A stretch of DNA of 64,000 nucleotides from Neoechinorhynchus agilis (taxonomy: Eukaryota; Animalia; Acanthocephala): NCBI GenBank assembly GCA_051530055.1, contig CM121343.1, positions 4,992,389-5,056,388 of the forward strand. Reading direction: 5' to 3'. Below the pieces are notes generated by a model, which did no database searches, had not been told where the DNA came from, and saw nothing but the letters and a program-made list of their open reading frames with translations. Shown piece after piece: positions 11,757 to 24,857 of this stretch (position 1 is the first letter of the stretch; each line of letters starts with the position of its first letter). Both the position numbers and the translations under genes were made by a program.

Positions 11757-13594
11757 TTAGTTGTTTGGCCGAGAAATCTCAAATCGATGTTTTTCCCGTC
11801 GATTTTTTTCTTGAGCAGAAACATCATTTTTCACAATTTTCATTGCCGCAATACTGTTGTAAGCGTGAACGGTGAATCCAATAGGTATTTTATCGGTTAA
11901 CTCATTTTCAAGCTTGATCACCAGATTTCCTTGTGGTGTTTTTAAACTAACGGCTTTATCGTTTGCGTCCGATATAGATATTTCGTGAAATCCACCCACT
12001 CCAACATATGCAGAATTATTACCGTTAAGAACATCATTTTTTTCGACATTGGAATTGATCGCATCATTTCTATTGTCAAATACAAAATACTTGATTTTCC
12101 CTTTTTTATCTAAAATGGACAGACTATTGGTTTCGGGATCTAATACCATAATGTCTGAGTTGGGGAGAACCGCGAGTGTGCAATTCCTCTTTAAAATTCT
12201 GCGGACTTTTCGTGTAAGTCGAGGCAATATATCACCCGCTTCGCTGAATACATCTGATTGCGGCGTTGAAGACCTTGAATCCGTATTAGATTTAAGTATA
12301 TTTTCGTCGATTGTCTTAATTGGAACAAGCTGTCGACTAACGGATTTGTCCAACACAATGCACTCATCAGTTTGTGTTGAACAGTCAGCGTACCACCTTT
12401 TCTGGTCTTCAATTGCTTCAATCGGCGATGTGACTACTTCGCCGACCTTAACATTTCCAGGTATAAATTGTAAGTGCTCAAACATATCGCTCGGTGTTTC
12501 TATTGAACATACGTCCATGTTCATGATTGAACACATTTTTTCCGATAAGGGTTTGAGCATCAAAAGAAGTTCGACTTCTCGGCCTTGTAACATAAGATCA
12601 ACAAGCGAACATGTATTCTTGATTTTTTCATGAAGCTGCTCAAGATGCGGCTTCGTTTCCAAAATAAGCTTCAAATTTTGCCCAAACGCCGTTTCTAACT
12701 CACGTATTCTTCGTGTAATAACCAAAATTTAAAGAATCCATGATTTACAGTCTCTAGACATTTAGCTTCTGCCATTTCGATATTTTTCTTCATTTCCGCA
12801 CTGTGCCTCACGATTTCTGTTTGAATATTATTGATTCGTTTTTCGCACTCGTCGATAGTGTCAAGTTGGGATTGCACAACAATCAACTTTCGTTGACACG
12901 TCTCCAACTGGTCAACCACTGACTTTCTTCGTTCCATCGCAGCACTCTTAAAATTTAACATTGTATGATTTTTGTGTTCTGGACCACAGGCGCATATTAT
13001 ACATATACATTGCTCGCAAGTTTCACAAAAATATCGAACCGGGTCGTCAGGATGTAGATTGCAAAGTACATCGTTTTCTAGCTCCAATTCATAAAAATTA
13101 TGAGTAGAAGATATACTAAGAGATTGATGTTCCAATGAGCATTTTTCGCAGATTGGTTTCTGACATTCAATGCATTTCAATGTGGCTCTATTCCTATCTA
13201 TGCGGGTGGATATGCGCCTCTCGTTTGATTTCAAATCATCCGTAGCTGCCGATTGGTTTTTTTCTTGTGAGGTTGTCGATGATCGACAGAAATGGCAGTA
13301 TAATTCAGTAGATGTGGCAACTTTGTCAACTATCATTTCACGAAGACCTGATAGAACAAAGTTGTCGGGGAGTCGGTTTGCACCACCAGCGGGAAGGCTC
13401 GTCTTTCTTCGACATATTGGGCATGAAATTTCTTTGTAATCGGAATATCGCCAAGACTTCTGTGATAATAGTTCATTTTCAATACATTTTTTACAAAATG
13501 TGTGAAGGCAGTTAAGGCATTTTGGCTCGTTATAGAGTCTATGACACAGTTGACAGGTAAGGAACTGTTCGTTGATTTTCGCAGCCAAATCCAT
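11757..13594 (-). CDS. TRIM2/TRIM3-like E3 ligase (RING, two B-boxes, coiled coil, divergent C-terminal region possibly NHL-like)
   Basis: EQFLTCQLCHRLYNEPKCLNCLHTFCKKC..SCPICR RING; CHFC..CIECQKPICEKCSLEH and CNLHPDDPVRYFCETCEQCICIIC B-boxes. The two long ORFs join through an intron of about 50 nt (GTAAAT..GTGAG). 3' end uncertain. Confidence 0.88.
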
Positions 13595-14490
13595 CTTTAT
13601 TCATGCCAAAGTTTTGTAAGTCTCCCAATGACCCATCTGCAAAATACCAAGCGTGCTTTTCATCCGGTAAACGCAAGTGAATTCTTAAAATTTAAATAGA
13701 TAAAACACAAATGGCATTCTGGCTTATTGTTCAAAAATTATCCGTTATAATTGGCGATTAAAACACAAATGGTGAGAAGCTAAGAATAAAATCCGCTTAC
13801 CCTAGTCTCCCTTGTGCTCACAGTTAATATCACGACCTCAACCTGCTATAAATACTTGCTCGTAGAAATAAATATTAGATATAATTATTCTTTATTGGAT
13901 TAACGTGGAAACAACACATTCTGTGGACACCTACGGCATTCCGATTGCGTGTAAAAACTTAAACAATAAAGAAAGATTAGACAAATCCCTTTGAGTATTT
14001 ACTAGAGCAACCAATTTTCAACTGGTTTTCACGAAGTCCAAAAAAAGATCAGAAGGAACTCATACGAACATTCTTAAGATGATATTTTGCTTACTGTTAC
14101 TCATAACTGCACTTTCCAGAGAGGGCAGTAGAATTGATCTCGAAATGAGTTTTAAATATTGCCTTTTAAGTGGTAATTTTCTTCAAAAACGAATATTTAA
14201 CCAATTACAAAACTGCTCGAAATTTCTATGATAGGGAAAGATTTTATAACAAAAACCACTAAGCTCTAAGAAATCGAAAAAATTTCGCTTGATTCCATAA
14301 GGAAGTTTCGTCGTGGATATGTGCTCTCTCACACACACATGCACTTGGTATATACAAAGAAAAGAATCTCTGCTGAACAACGCCCCCGTACTGAGAAAAA
14401 GACTACTTGTCATGGCAGAAGTGATATTTGCGGCATCTATACGCTATAGCGTAAGATGGCAGTCGCCCTGCGAATTCCGTACTGCTCTTG

Positions 14491-14676
14491 ATAACCTTAT
14501 TTCCTTCGAAATGCGGATAGAGACAAACTGGGCGCTAGATTCGTCGCGGTGGAATGGTTTTCAACAACAATTGAACAAATGGCATAACCTTATTTCCTTC
14601 GAAATGCGGATAGAGACAAACTGGGCGCTAGATTCGTCGCGATGGAATGGTTTTCAACAACAATTGAACAAATGGC
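14491..14676 (+). repeat. Tandem duplication, 2 x 93 bp
   Basis: Unit ATAACCTTATTTCC..GAACAAATGGC starts at 14491 and 14584; one substitution seen (gcggtgg/gcgatgg). Confidence 0.95.
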
Positions 14677-16245
14677 CGTATCACATTTGACAGAGGAAGA
14701 GAAGGTATTTTTATATACTCATGGAGCAAGCTTTCTCAAGTCGCTTTCTTGAAAATTTGCTTTGCGATAATCCTGTAACCGTTTCTTGGCTGAACAACGC
14801 AACAACGCGATAAAAGGGCAACAACCACATATTCTTCGAAGGAAAAGTGCGACGAAATATAACCTTCATAAGATAGATATAGTTCATGGATCCAAATCAT
14901 CGTTCATCAAGACAAGTGTAGATGCTTGCCATTTTAGATACAAACAGAAATTTGAACAAAAAAAAAGGAACAACGAAAACTACCGGAAATAAGTCACTCT
15001 CGTCGTTTCGAAAATCGCCATGTGGAACTGCTATCGTACGCATCGAGCTAGTAGTTTTTAGCATCTTTAGAATTAAGTTCACTAACCAAAACGATTATGT
15101 TTTTTCTTATTCAATTTTCTGAGCTCATAAAAGTCCGTTTCACAATCAATATAACATTTTTACATCCAATAATCGTTACAATCAAGCAATAAATATTTAA
15201 TAGCATTTGTTGCAGTCGATAAGAATTTAAAGATGCAAAACTCTGAACGGCTTTTTAAATATGGTAAGACATCCTCATGAGAAAATCTAAGTAATGAAGG
15301 AAATTTTGTGCATAAAACAATAACTTTTGGAAGCATTTGGAGGAATTCCGTTCGCAGTAAGGAATTCTCCGTGGTGTAATATTTAATTGGTAATCGGTAG
15401 ATGCGTTAATTTTTTATAAAAGTTCCGATGGGAATGAAGGAACGTCGTTATCCTCCATTGCCTCGAGGATGCAGCATTGCCGTTCTGAATCGCACAGCTG
15501 ATTCTCTGATAAAAATAGTTGGCTTGCGACCTTTGTTGTTGTTGCGAATAACCATTTTCCAAAGGAATAGACAGAGTATGTTGCTTAAAAGATCTTAAAA
15601 TCTGATATATACAAAACTAAACCGAAGAAGTTTTCACATAATCAACGGCCCTCATAGTAGATGATTCGCTTTTTCTACTAGTTCATAAAATAGCAATTCA
15701 CAAGACAGTGAGTTTTGAAAAACGGGCGAATTTTAAATTAATTATTGCGTTGTCGGTGGGTTCTATTCATATATTTATTTAAGACTTTCAAAAGATCGTC
15801 GAAATATTCACGATCAAAAGGACAAACAATTTTATCAGTACCAAATAAGGATGTAATAAAGCTGTTCATAGATAACAAGAACACTTGTGACAGTCGATCC
15901 ATTTCGCTTCGAACGTGGTCCTAGATTTCCCGCCACAATTATTGTTCAAAAGAAACTTAATTTTTATGAGTAGAATTTATAGCTTCAATCATAGTATTCG
16001 TTTCATTTTAGAATTAGAACAACCCGATCGAATTAGTCAGCGCTTAATCGTTGTAAGCGTTTATTTGCACTCAAGTTCTTCATTTAAGATTGAAATCAAA
16101 GGTTTGCCACAATAACGCGACTGTAAGCATACATGAAGAGAAAATTCTTTGATGATAGAATTGGAGATGTAATGATCAAAATCCCCAGGACAGAGAACAT
16201 TTTGGAATCATCGATAGAGAAAATCCTTCGGGTAAGTCAAAGTAT

Positions 16246-16480
16246 AATTTTGGTGAACATACTCCTGGTCATAACCTATTTGATTTATTGGAAATATTTC
16301 GAAAAAGGTAACCTCGCCTCATCAGTCATTGTTTTCGAAAAAAAATTCGAGTTACCTCCTTCGAAATATTTCCCCTATAAATCAAAATCAAATAAGTTAT
16401 GACCGGGAATATGTTCACCAAAATTATAAATTTTGGAATATTTCGAAAGAGGGAGCCTCGCCTCATCAGTCATTGTTGGG
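16246..16480. mobile_element. Penelope-like inverted repeat, family 2, with two intact-core hammerhead motifs on the minus strand
   Basis: Arms 16246-16312 and 16349-16427 are inverted copies. Minus-strand AATGA-CTGATGA-GGCGAGG(TTA/CTC)CCT(T/C)TTTC-GAAA-TAT at 16325-16294 and 16469-16438. Confidence 0.7.
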
Positions 16481-16621
16481 AGACATTTTGAACCTCGTCG
16501 GGTACATCATCAGTTTGTTGGTTGTTAATAGACGCTGATGAACCCGACGAGGTTCGAAACGTTTTTAATACTTAAACAATAATCCTAATCATATAGTCAG
16601 GTGCCTTCTCACATATCGACA
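16481..16621. mobile_element. Penelope-like inverted-repeat mini-element, family 1
   Basis: Minus CTGATGATGTACCCGACGAGGTTCAAAATGTC (16513-16482) and plus CTGATGAACCCGACGAGGTTCGAAACGTT (16535-16563), followed by the family end CACATATCGACA. Confidence 0.78.
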
Positions 16622-17489
16622 TTCGCATAAAATATGTTTTATCCGGGATTACGATCATCGCATCTCCACTTGTAAGATATCTCGAACTAAAGAAAATATG
16701 TGATAAAAAGAACGAAATAATTGCATTGTTGATAACAATAAAAAAAGCTTGTAATTTGACGATAGGATGATCTTTGATTTAAAGCATTTTCATGGCAAAA
16801 CTCAAGTATTAAAGCAAGACCATGGTTTTGCTCATCTAACATCAAGGTTACAAGTGAGCTCTCAAAGCATGAAATGTTCCAAATCAATTATGTAATCGTT
16901 AGGCGGTTTGGTCGAGTTACAAAAGCACAGTTCGAGGTGAACATGAACGAATAAAAAGGCTTCGTATTTTAGAGGTCATTGACTACGTTTTGGACCGCGA
17001 TCTCACCGAGGATATCCGAACCGGCTGTTTTGTTAAACCTACAAAAACAAATAGGAAATCTTCGTTCTTATCATTTGAAATAAGTATTAGATGGCGTTCC
17101 GAGTGTTTTAAGATGACATAGACGTCGATTCGTCGTTTTTCCATGAACTCATGGAGAGGTCAAAGAATGATACTGAGAAGTAGACGAAAGTTTTAAGTGA
17201 GCAGTCCTCGATTTCATTAGAATAGATGTTCTACTATTAAAGTTAGTTTTACATATAAGATCAGTACCCGATCCTTTCCGTTATGATTGTTTTTCAGTGA
17301 CATTAAAATGAGAAGATTGTTCTGGATTGAGTTAGAAGACTGATCCACAAACTTTACGGAGTGATTTAGAATGACGTGCACCATATCGACGTTCCACACT
17401 ACACACACACACACTGCATCCATCCAGCACTCGGGCTACGTCGCGCGCCGAGTGCGTCGCGCATGTCTACTAGGACCGGTCCGAAGATA

Positions 17490-19110
17490 TTAAGGATTCA
17501 TCGACGCTACTCTCCCATTGGGGGAACATACCTTCACTCTGTCGCTTTCACACGTTAGCACCATTCATCCCGTCCTCCGCTTGTGCTGCACACATACGAA
17601 GAACGTTCCGCTCGTTTCAGAAGCAGACTGTACTTATGCCGGAGGTAATAGGGCTATTTAATCACTCTCTCCTCTTACCGACTAACAGTAATTCCATATA
17701 CAACCTACACACGTCTAACAGGTCTACTTCCCCCCTGGACTCCCGTTTGTGGTTCACCGACAAAAATTTGACGATGCCACCACCGACGAGTCGCATGTGA
17801 GCGCCAAGTCCCAACAACAACCAAGTGGAACAATGCACCAGAACGCATCGGTCATTGATGGACATTTGGATTACTGGGTTCCAGTCGGAATTGGCATCCT
17901 AATTGTCATTTTGTGGCTAGGAGCCGGGTTTGTTGCCGCGTTAAGAGCTTGCTTTTTCGGAAGTTCATCTTTGGGTTATATTGGAAGGGTTGAGACCATT
18001 CCTACCTCTCGGCTTAATCCTTCACTGATAGATCAACCCATTCCCTTCGAAAGTTCCGGGGAACATCGCGAAAAGGTTTGAATACTTACTTGTTCTTTAG
18101 TTAATACTTTTAATAGAACTCAGTCCGTCTCCTCCGCAACCACCAAACACCAATCGACGACAGCCGCTTTTATCAAGACAATCAACTATGGACGCAAATG
18201 CGAAGCCGTTATCCAGTGTAAATTGCACTGCTAATGATACTGGTCTCTGTCATTGCTCCAAATATACATTACAGCCGCCAGTTGGGTGGCGAATACATCC
18301 ACCACACGCAAATTCGATGATAAAAACGAACGCGATTGCCTTACATGCTACAAATGAACAATTTAATGGACATAATTGCCGACGAAATCACGATACGGCG
18401 CATACTCACGTCGTAATTGAACCGAATGATGATAGTCAAGAGTACCCAAAACCGTACTCTGGATTTTATTCCCGTCAATGTCTAAGTCATAATGATGAGT
18501 ATACTTAATACTTTTTGATTTAGACATAGTACTTTACCACAATTTCACAGTTCAATTCATAACTCCAACTATACTCAATCGTTACAATGCCGACCCGCGC
18601 ATGTGTGCAATAATCATAATTCTCCGTCGATGATCACAAATCCCATTGGGTATCATCAACATTTACATCCCGACGGCCAATACTGTTGCGATCTTAAAAT
18701 GACTAATTTTAACACTATCAGGAGAATGAACTGTAGTCGGACGATCGATGGGAGCAGCACTGGAAATGGTGTTAAGTTTCAGCAATCCAGAACCTTGTCA
18801 AGGTAAATTCGGGTGTACTTTTGTGATGTAAATAATAAATCCCAGCGAAATCTAACTTTTTATTTTAATGGGAAAACTAACGCATCAGGCTATATTCTCG
18901 TTCTCAGAAAGATCATCCAACTCCACGTTCACTACGCATTGATTATCCGCAACCTCGTCTGGTCGATCATTCTCACCACCTTCCTCAGGTTCTTGTCCTT
19001 CTTCGTCGTAAACTGGCTCATCAAACGGCCCATAGTAATCTTCTAGATCAAAAATTCGTTACTATCCCCCATGTTCCCATTAACGGCTGTGATATGATCA
19101 CCAATTTATA
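17490..19110 (+). CDS. Putative multi-exon single-pass membrane protein of unknown family
   Basis: ORF 17749-18081 has a hydrophobic segment (YWVPVGIGILIVILWLGAGFVAALRACFF) and is flanked by GT/AG sites; further open exon-like ORFs at 18188-18508 and 18603-18806. Boundaries uncertain. Confidence 0.5.
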
Positions 19111-19633
19111 TAAGCTTCAGAAGCACTTTTGTATCCATTATATCTTTAACTAACAAAAATTTTATACAAATTTTCTCACTTCGTGATATTCCTTTCAGCG
19201 ACCTTCTAATAAGGACTTGGTAATGAACACCACTGCGTTTGCATTATAATTAAAATTTTTCGCATCAAAGTTAACCTTTTCAGTTCACGATAGCGTAAAA
19301 TAATAGGACTAAAACTAAAATGTGAGTTCCACTCGCTTCTAGGATCAAAAATCAATAATGTAGATTTTGTACGATTTAGCCAAATGCATAATTGGCAATG
19401 ATAATTGTGCCAATATTGACGATAACCTCACTAAGGGCAGTTTGTTGGCAACTAAAATGGTACGTCCATGTAAGAATGTTTATGGGGAATGCAATAAATT
19501 GGATCAAAAATGCTGCATGGAGGTCAAAAGTATTACTTTTATAAAGGTTTTTTGGATAGTAAAATGGGTTTCTAAAAAACAAATACAATTAGAGATTCTA
19601 AGCTCAAAAGATGCATTACGTTTTCAGCAACGA

Positions 19634-20787
19634 CTAATAACCGCACAATAGAGCTTTGTAGTGCAGCTTCATGTTCAACACCGTAACAAACGGCAAGCCC
19701 TTTGGTGGTTCTATTGCTCTCTCTCTTATTAAACTAATAGTAAGGCTAATAACGAATGATTGATTTCTTAAATGGATTTCGGGATGATTAAAAGTATCAC
19801 CATCGTGATCATCATCGTCGTCGTCTTCAAATATTTCAACAAATGGATCATTGGACTTCACTATATATATTTCGCCGTCGTCCCCGTGCCATTCGGGGTC
19901 AGCCGTTGCGCCATTAGTTTCTAGGACAGCACACACGTCGTTAAATTCCAACTTTCTGGCCCACGCAAGTGGCGTATTTCCATTTGTGTCCTAAGGGGTT
20001 TTGTCAAACAAAAATATAAAACCTATAGATAAGACTACCTTTACGTTGACATTGGCATCATGTTCCATCAAAAGCTTGCATATATTGGCTTCATCATGAC
20101 TAACTGCGAGATGTAAGGGGTACCAACCGTTAGAATCACTTGTATTAGGGTCTGCCTTTCCTTTTTCGAGCAGGATTCTAACTAATTCGGGGTTCGAATG
20201 ATCGACAGCCCAATGTAATAACGGCGGTACTTCCTCTTCGGGGGCATCAGATAGCACTTTGGCACCATGCTCGAATAAAAACGAAACCACATCTAATGAC
20301 TTTATCAAAAGAAAAATATGCCACGAACGATATCACCTTACCGTAATGATTGTACTTGACACTGTGGACAAGTAGAAAAGACAACTCGGATGGCTCTTGA
20401 GGGACAAGTGCACCCTTTTCTTTGAGGAGATATGCACCAGCGATTTTATTGTTGTAAAGCGCAGCCCATAGAGGTGTCCAACCAAATACATCCTGACTTT
20501 CAAGTTCCGGGTTAGCGTTCAGTAACACGCTAAGAACCCCATTACCTGCCGGTGCTCAAATTTTTACTATGGGACTACAAAAGTATTGAACACCCACCCG
20601 ACCAAGCAGCAATATGAAGAAGCGTTCGACCATATTGGTCGCCGTCTACAGGTTTCGATATCAGCTCCTGTAACTTTACTTTAGGATCGATTGACAATAT
20701 AGCCTCTTGTACGGATTCCGCATCGTTATTATTCACCGCTTGAACGAGGTCGTCGAAAGTGCTGTAACCGCTTAAAGATAGACCCAT
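19634..20787 (-). CDS. Ankyrin-repeat protein with predicted N-myristoylation site, multi-exon
   Basis: GRTLLHIAAWSG, GWTPLWAALY, PPLLHWAVDH, GWYPLHLAVSH and GNTPLAWA ankyrin motifs across spliced exons; starts MGLSLS. 3' end uncertain. Confidence 0.88.
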
Positions 20788-22277
20788 TCGAAGTTCTGTA
20801 CTGGTCCAAAATTCGTACTGACGAGGTTACCAGCTACACTCTTCACATTCTCATATACATAACCTTTCCTCCTTCCTCCACCACTGGTGAATCATAAGGT
20901 ACCTTAGTCACTCACGACATGTTCACACATGAAATGCTCATGCTTGTTTTCAATGAGTGAAAGCAGATTATAAAAGTTAGAAAGCTTCAAACGAGAATTC
21001 TAATAGTTTCCTTTGTCTTCAGATGTCGCGGACTGTGCGAGACCGGCTCAAACCGTCGCTTTGAAATTTAACTTCTTATACCTGTAATTTACGCAATCAC
21101 TTTAAACAAAACGTTTCCTTTTCAGTCGTTTATATCTTGTCGCAAATATTTCTATTCTCATTTATTTTAAGCACTAATTCTTGTATTATTCAGAATACAT
21201 CATCTTAGTAGTAGAATGAAAATACGACATTACTCCATTTCTCTCACTTAGAGGGAAGATCCGATAATCTTTTTTAAAGAATAAATGACTTACAGATGAC
21301 AACCATCACGGATCGTGCAGGGCAATTCAGCTCGATAACTGCAATTTTTTTAAATCAAAAGTGGTAAACTTTTGATGGTCAATGAATTTCCTCGCTTCGA
21401 TCACTCTATTCAGTGAATCAAAAGACGAAAGTTCAACGCAGTATGATAATTCGATTTTAAAGCTGATTCCAAAGAAACTGGTCGAATTTCACTTTAGAAG
21501 GTCATTCCCTCACATTAACAGTTAATGGCAAAGTGTGAGGATTCATAAGGGAAGCGGATTTTGAAATCTACGCCACAATTCGTTCTGCGTATGAAATTTC
21601 CCCATGATAAAAGAAATTTTAGTTTCCCATAACTAGGTAAAAATTCTGCCACTATAAGTGCAGAACATTTCGTTTAAAGTTTTTAAAAATAAAATATTTT
21701 TTAAAATAATCCTGCCCGTTGATATAATTAGCTATAACGTATACTAAAGGCTTTAAAAAACTAGAAAACCTCATTTTCGATTCTTCTCATTGGTCTTAAC
21801 ACGAGCAGATTTAAACAAGATTAATTTCATCCGAGTATTGGAAACCGTGAGCCATGGGCTTGGCTGCGATACTTGCAGAGAGATTAAAAGTCTTATATGT
21901 GAAATAAAGTTCCGGGGAAACAACTTCAAGATCCGTTATTTTTGTAAACTTAAAAATTGACGAGCAACCATTGACAAAAGTATTTTGCAAAACACGGTCG
22001 AGGCATTAAAACTCAGAGCTATGTTTACGAAAAAGATTCATTACAGTACGACCACGGCGTACACTCCGATTCGTTTTAATTTACCTTTCCTGCCTTCCGT
22101 TTCACAACGTTTAAAAACCAGGGAAAATCAAAACATTCCAAAGTAAAAAGTGCAACGCGAAATCGGGGAAATTTCATTATTCGTGAATGCATTTTCTGCA
22201 TTTGCAACTTCCGCAGAGCGAGGAATAAAGTGTTTAAAAAACGTGAAAGTTAATTTGTGACCTACATCATTTATTTC

Positions 22278-22982
22278 AATAATAACAGGTATATTTGTTA
22301 ATCCACAAGGAATAGGACCCATGTACCTTTGGGTTCCTACAAACAGATATGTTCAATGAATGCGGTTGTTGATCTTGGAGTGGATTACGGATTAGGTCGG
22401 GTGGGAATGTGCGGCGTTCAGATATAATGTGATTGGTGCAGAAATCTTTGATGTGGATAGGTGGAAGGGTGATTGTGTAAGAAGGGTGAGATCTTTGACA
22501 TATAAGAAAAGCTTAGAGTGAGAGGAAAGAGGCTGAAGTTCGTTTATGAAAATATTTAAAAGAAGTGGAGACAGGAGGGATATTCTGATCAAGGAGGTAA
22601 AAAGGCAGTGAATGTATTGTTTTCGATTGTGAAGATAAGGGACCAGCCGGCGGATCTGCCACAAGTTGAGACCAAAATCGGAACAGGTCTGGAGGAGTAG
22701 TGAATAATCTGCGGAGTCGAATGCTTTCGACAAATCCAGTTGAATAAGACGGCTGATGTGAGAGGAATTATTGTCCAGGTTGCGTAAGAGCGTGCCATAA
22801 ATGCAAAGTAAAGCATCCGTTACGGAAAACGTGGTACGGAAGCCGAATTGAAGGGGCGATAATTTGTTGTTGAGAAGTGAAAAAAGGCGAGTTTTAATAC
22901 ATTTTTCGATGGATATAGGACGAAATGATTCAGTGGAAATTGGATGCCCATTTTTCAGAAGAAGGATCATTTTAGCAGTTTT
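22278..22982 (-). mobile_element. 5'-truncated, degenerate LINE (L2/CR1-like) fragment with 3' stem-loop
   Basis: RT motifs QFGFR, DLSKAFDS, LSPLLLNIFINEL, LFLYVKD; 3' hairpin GGAACCCA-AAGGTACA-TGGGTCC and an (ATT)-type tail. Confidence 0.88.
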
Positions 22983-23731
22983 TAGGCGACCGATGAGCTT
23001 GTACCGTCCGATAAACAGATAGTGTATTCGCCATTTCCAGTCTCAGTGTCAACGGGGTAATCAGAATCTATTATCAGATCGAGTGATTTATGGAGTTGAG
23101 AGCAGTGGTAAAGACGACATGGTTTCGCTAGTAGTTGACTAACTTTATGTCGGTCATCGCGGTATAATTGAGGTGGTGATTGGTCAACAGTATCAGCAGA
23201 TATTTGGCCTACATCTTCCTCTACACTACTTAATCTTTTCCTTTTCCGTCTACTACGTTCATAGCAACCATTCGACTCTCCTTCGACTTCCATTTTAATC
23301 CGTATTAAAAGCTTGACCATCGGTGGTTATGATAGCATACTCCTCCACAGTAATTTTATACGAAGTCCCTAATAATCGTCGAAGTATTCGCAGTATGTTG
23401 AACACTACTCGTTTCCAACAAATCTTCGTTTGGGTTTGCCATACTGATGGAACTACCGAAACCGTATTATCATTCGTTATCATTTCACTACCCGATTTCT
23501 GTAAGTCTTTAGCTTGTTTCTTAGATTTCCCCTTTAGAACCGTTAGTTTTATTTCCTTTGCAATTTCTGACTTCGACCAAATGCTCATTTCTAAGAGCTT
23601 CCTTTTCACACGGAATAGCCTTCAATTAATGAACCCTTTAGAGTATCAGTAACTCGTTCGAAGCACTTCTATAGTGCAACATTGAAAAGAGTAGAGTAGT
23701 TAGCCAAATCCCGTTCACTGTTCATTGATTT
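22982..23731 (-). other. Dispersed repeat/pseudogene-like segment (copy A); 23377-23731 is homologous to 44811-45165
   Basis: Both copies encode MSIWSKSEIAKEIKLTVLKGKSKKQ(A/V)KDLQKSGSE; copy A has a 1-bp frameshift relative to copy B. Family not recognised. Confidence 0.8.
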
Positions 23732-23870
23732 AATTGTTTGCAAATTTAGAGTAGATGACGGCGATTTTAGAGCATACAACGATGTTCGTTTCTATTATAA
23801 ACTAAAAATGAATTTTAAATGACCACTATTATTATTGACGTCTTAGATGTGGCCTTGTGAAGTTTATAAT

Positions 23871-24360
23871 ATAATAATAACACGTTTTATTGATTGTTGT
23901 GTTTAAGAAATTAGACCCATGTACCTACGGGTCCTCATAAACACACAGTTATTCTGTTTTTTCTGTATGTCCATTCGGGCGGGAATGTCCGGTTTGGGTA
24001 TGTCCGTTCGGGTGAGAATATCCGGTCGTGGGATGTCCGTTCTGGCGGGATTTGGCGATTATTGTTTGCAGGAGAGCTTGTGAGGTTGGTCTTTCCTCAG
24101 GTTCATTTCAGGTCATGATATCCGAGAAGATTAAACAGCATGGAAAAGGAGCGTAGGTAAATGGAAGTGCGAGGTATAGGAGGAAAAAACGAATTAGGAT
24201 TACAAGTGTTATGCTCATGTGAAAAGGGGGCGATATGTGGTAGAAATTGTGGAGGTAGGGTTGAGAGGCGTTTTGTTTGTTTTATGAAAATAGTATCAAG
24301 ACATTCGGTGAGAGGGGGCTGTCAAGAAAAAAAAGTATGGCTTCTTTGGACCGTTTGAAG
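23871..24360 (-). mobile_element. LINE (L2/CR1-like) 3' fragment
   Basis: Tail AATAAAACGTGTTATTATTAT, hairpin GACCC-GTAGGTACAT-GGGTC, short degenerate tandem repeat upstream, homology to 46300-46795. Confidence 0.82.
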
Positions 24361-24857
24361 AATCTGAACTCAAACCATCGGACGTTTTCTCAAATAATCG
24401 ACCAAAGCACGTGAAATTCAGTTTATTTGGGAAGTTTGTTCCTGTAAATGGTACTTTTAAGTAGTATACTCTGCTAATATTCGCAAAATCGGATGAAAAC
24501 GCAACGAATTCACAACCTTTTAGTTCTTACAAATTGATACAAATGGTAAAAATTCAGTCTTCCATCGAGAAAAATTTGCAATTCGCTAAATTAGTTGAAG
24601 GAGCAAAGAAAGACGCCTTCATTTCTTAAAATACTTTGCAAATACGTGGAACTTGCGAGTATAATTTAAATCATAAATCACTGCGATAGAATACTCTGAT
24701 AATCTCATATGCAATGAGAGAGACGTGTCTGAAAGGAGGGAAAGGATTTTAAAAGGTTGATAGCCTCCACTGAAATTAAAGTAAAATTAAACAAGAAAAA
24801 CAATCTATTCACCTATGCATAGTTGTAGTATACACAGCGGTGTAGATGAGAAGTGGA

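Noticed and set aside
12049-12633. 194-aa + strand ORF (and similar ORFs opposite TLE, VPS51 and ACC)
   Set aside because: Antisense shadows of real coding exons.
14700-14900. Mutator-like transposase remnant (RNNAIKG resembling RTNNAxEG)
   Set aside because: The motif is too short and degenerate, with no catalytic DDE region or TIRs.
19367-19651. Cys-rich defensin/knottin-like ORF
   Set aside because: No signal peptide. The Cys-rich part begins at a strong donor-like GTACGT and lies antisense to the ankyrin gene 3' end.
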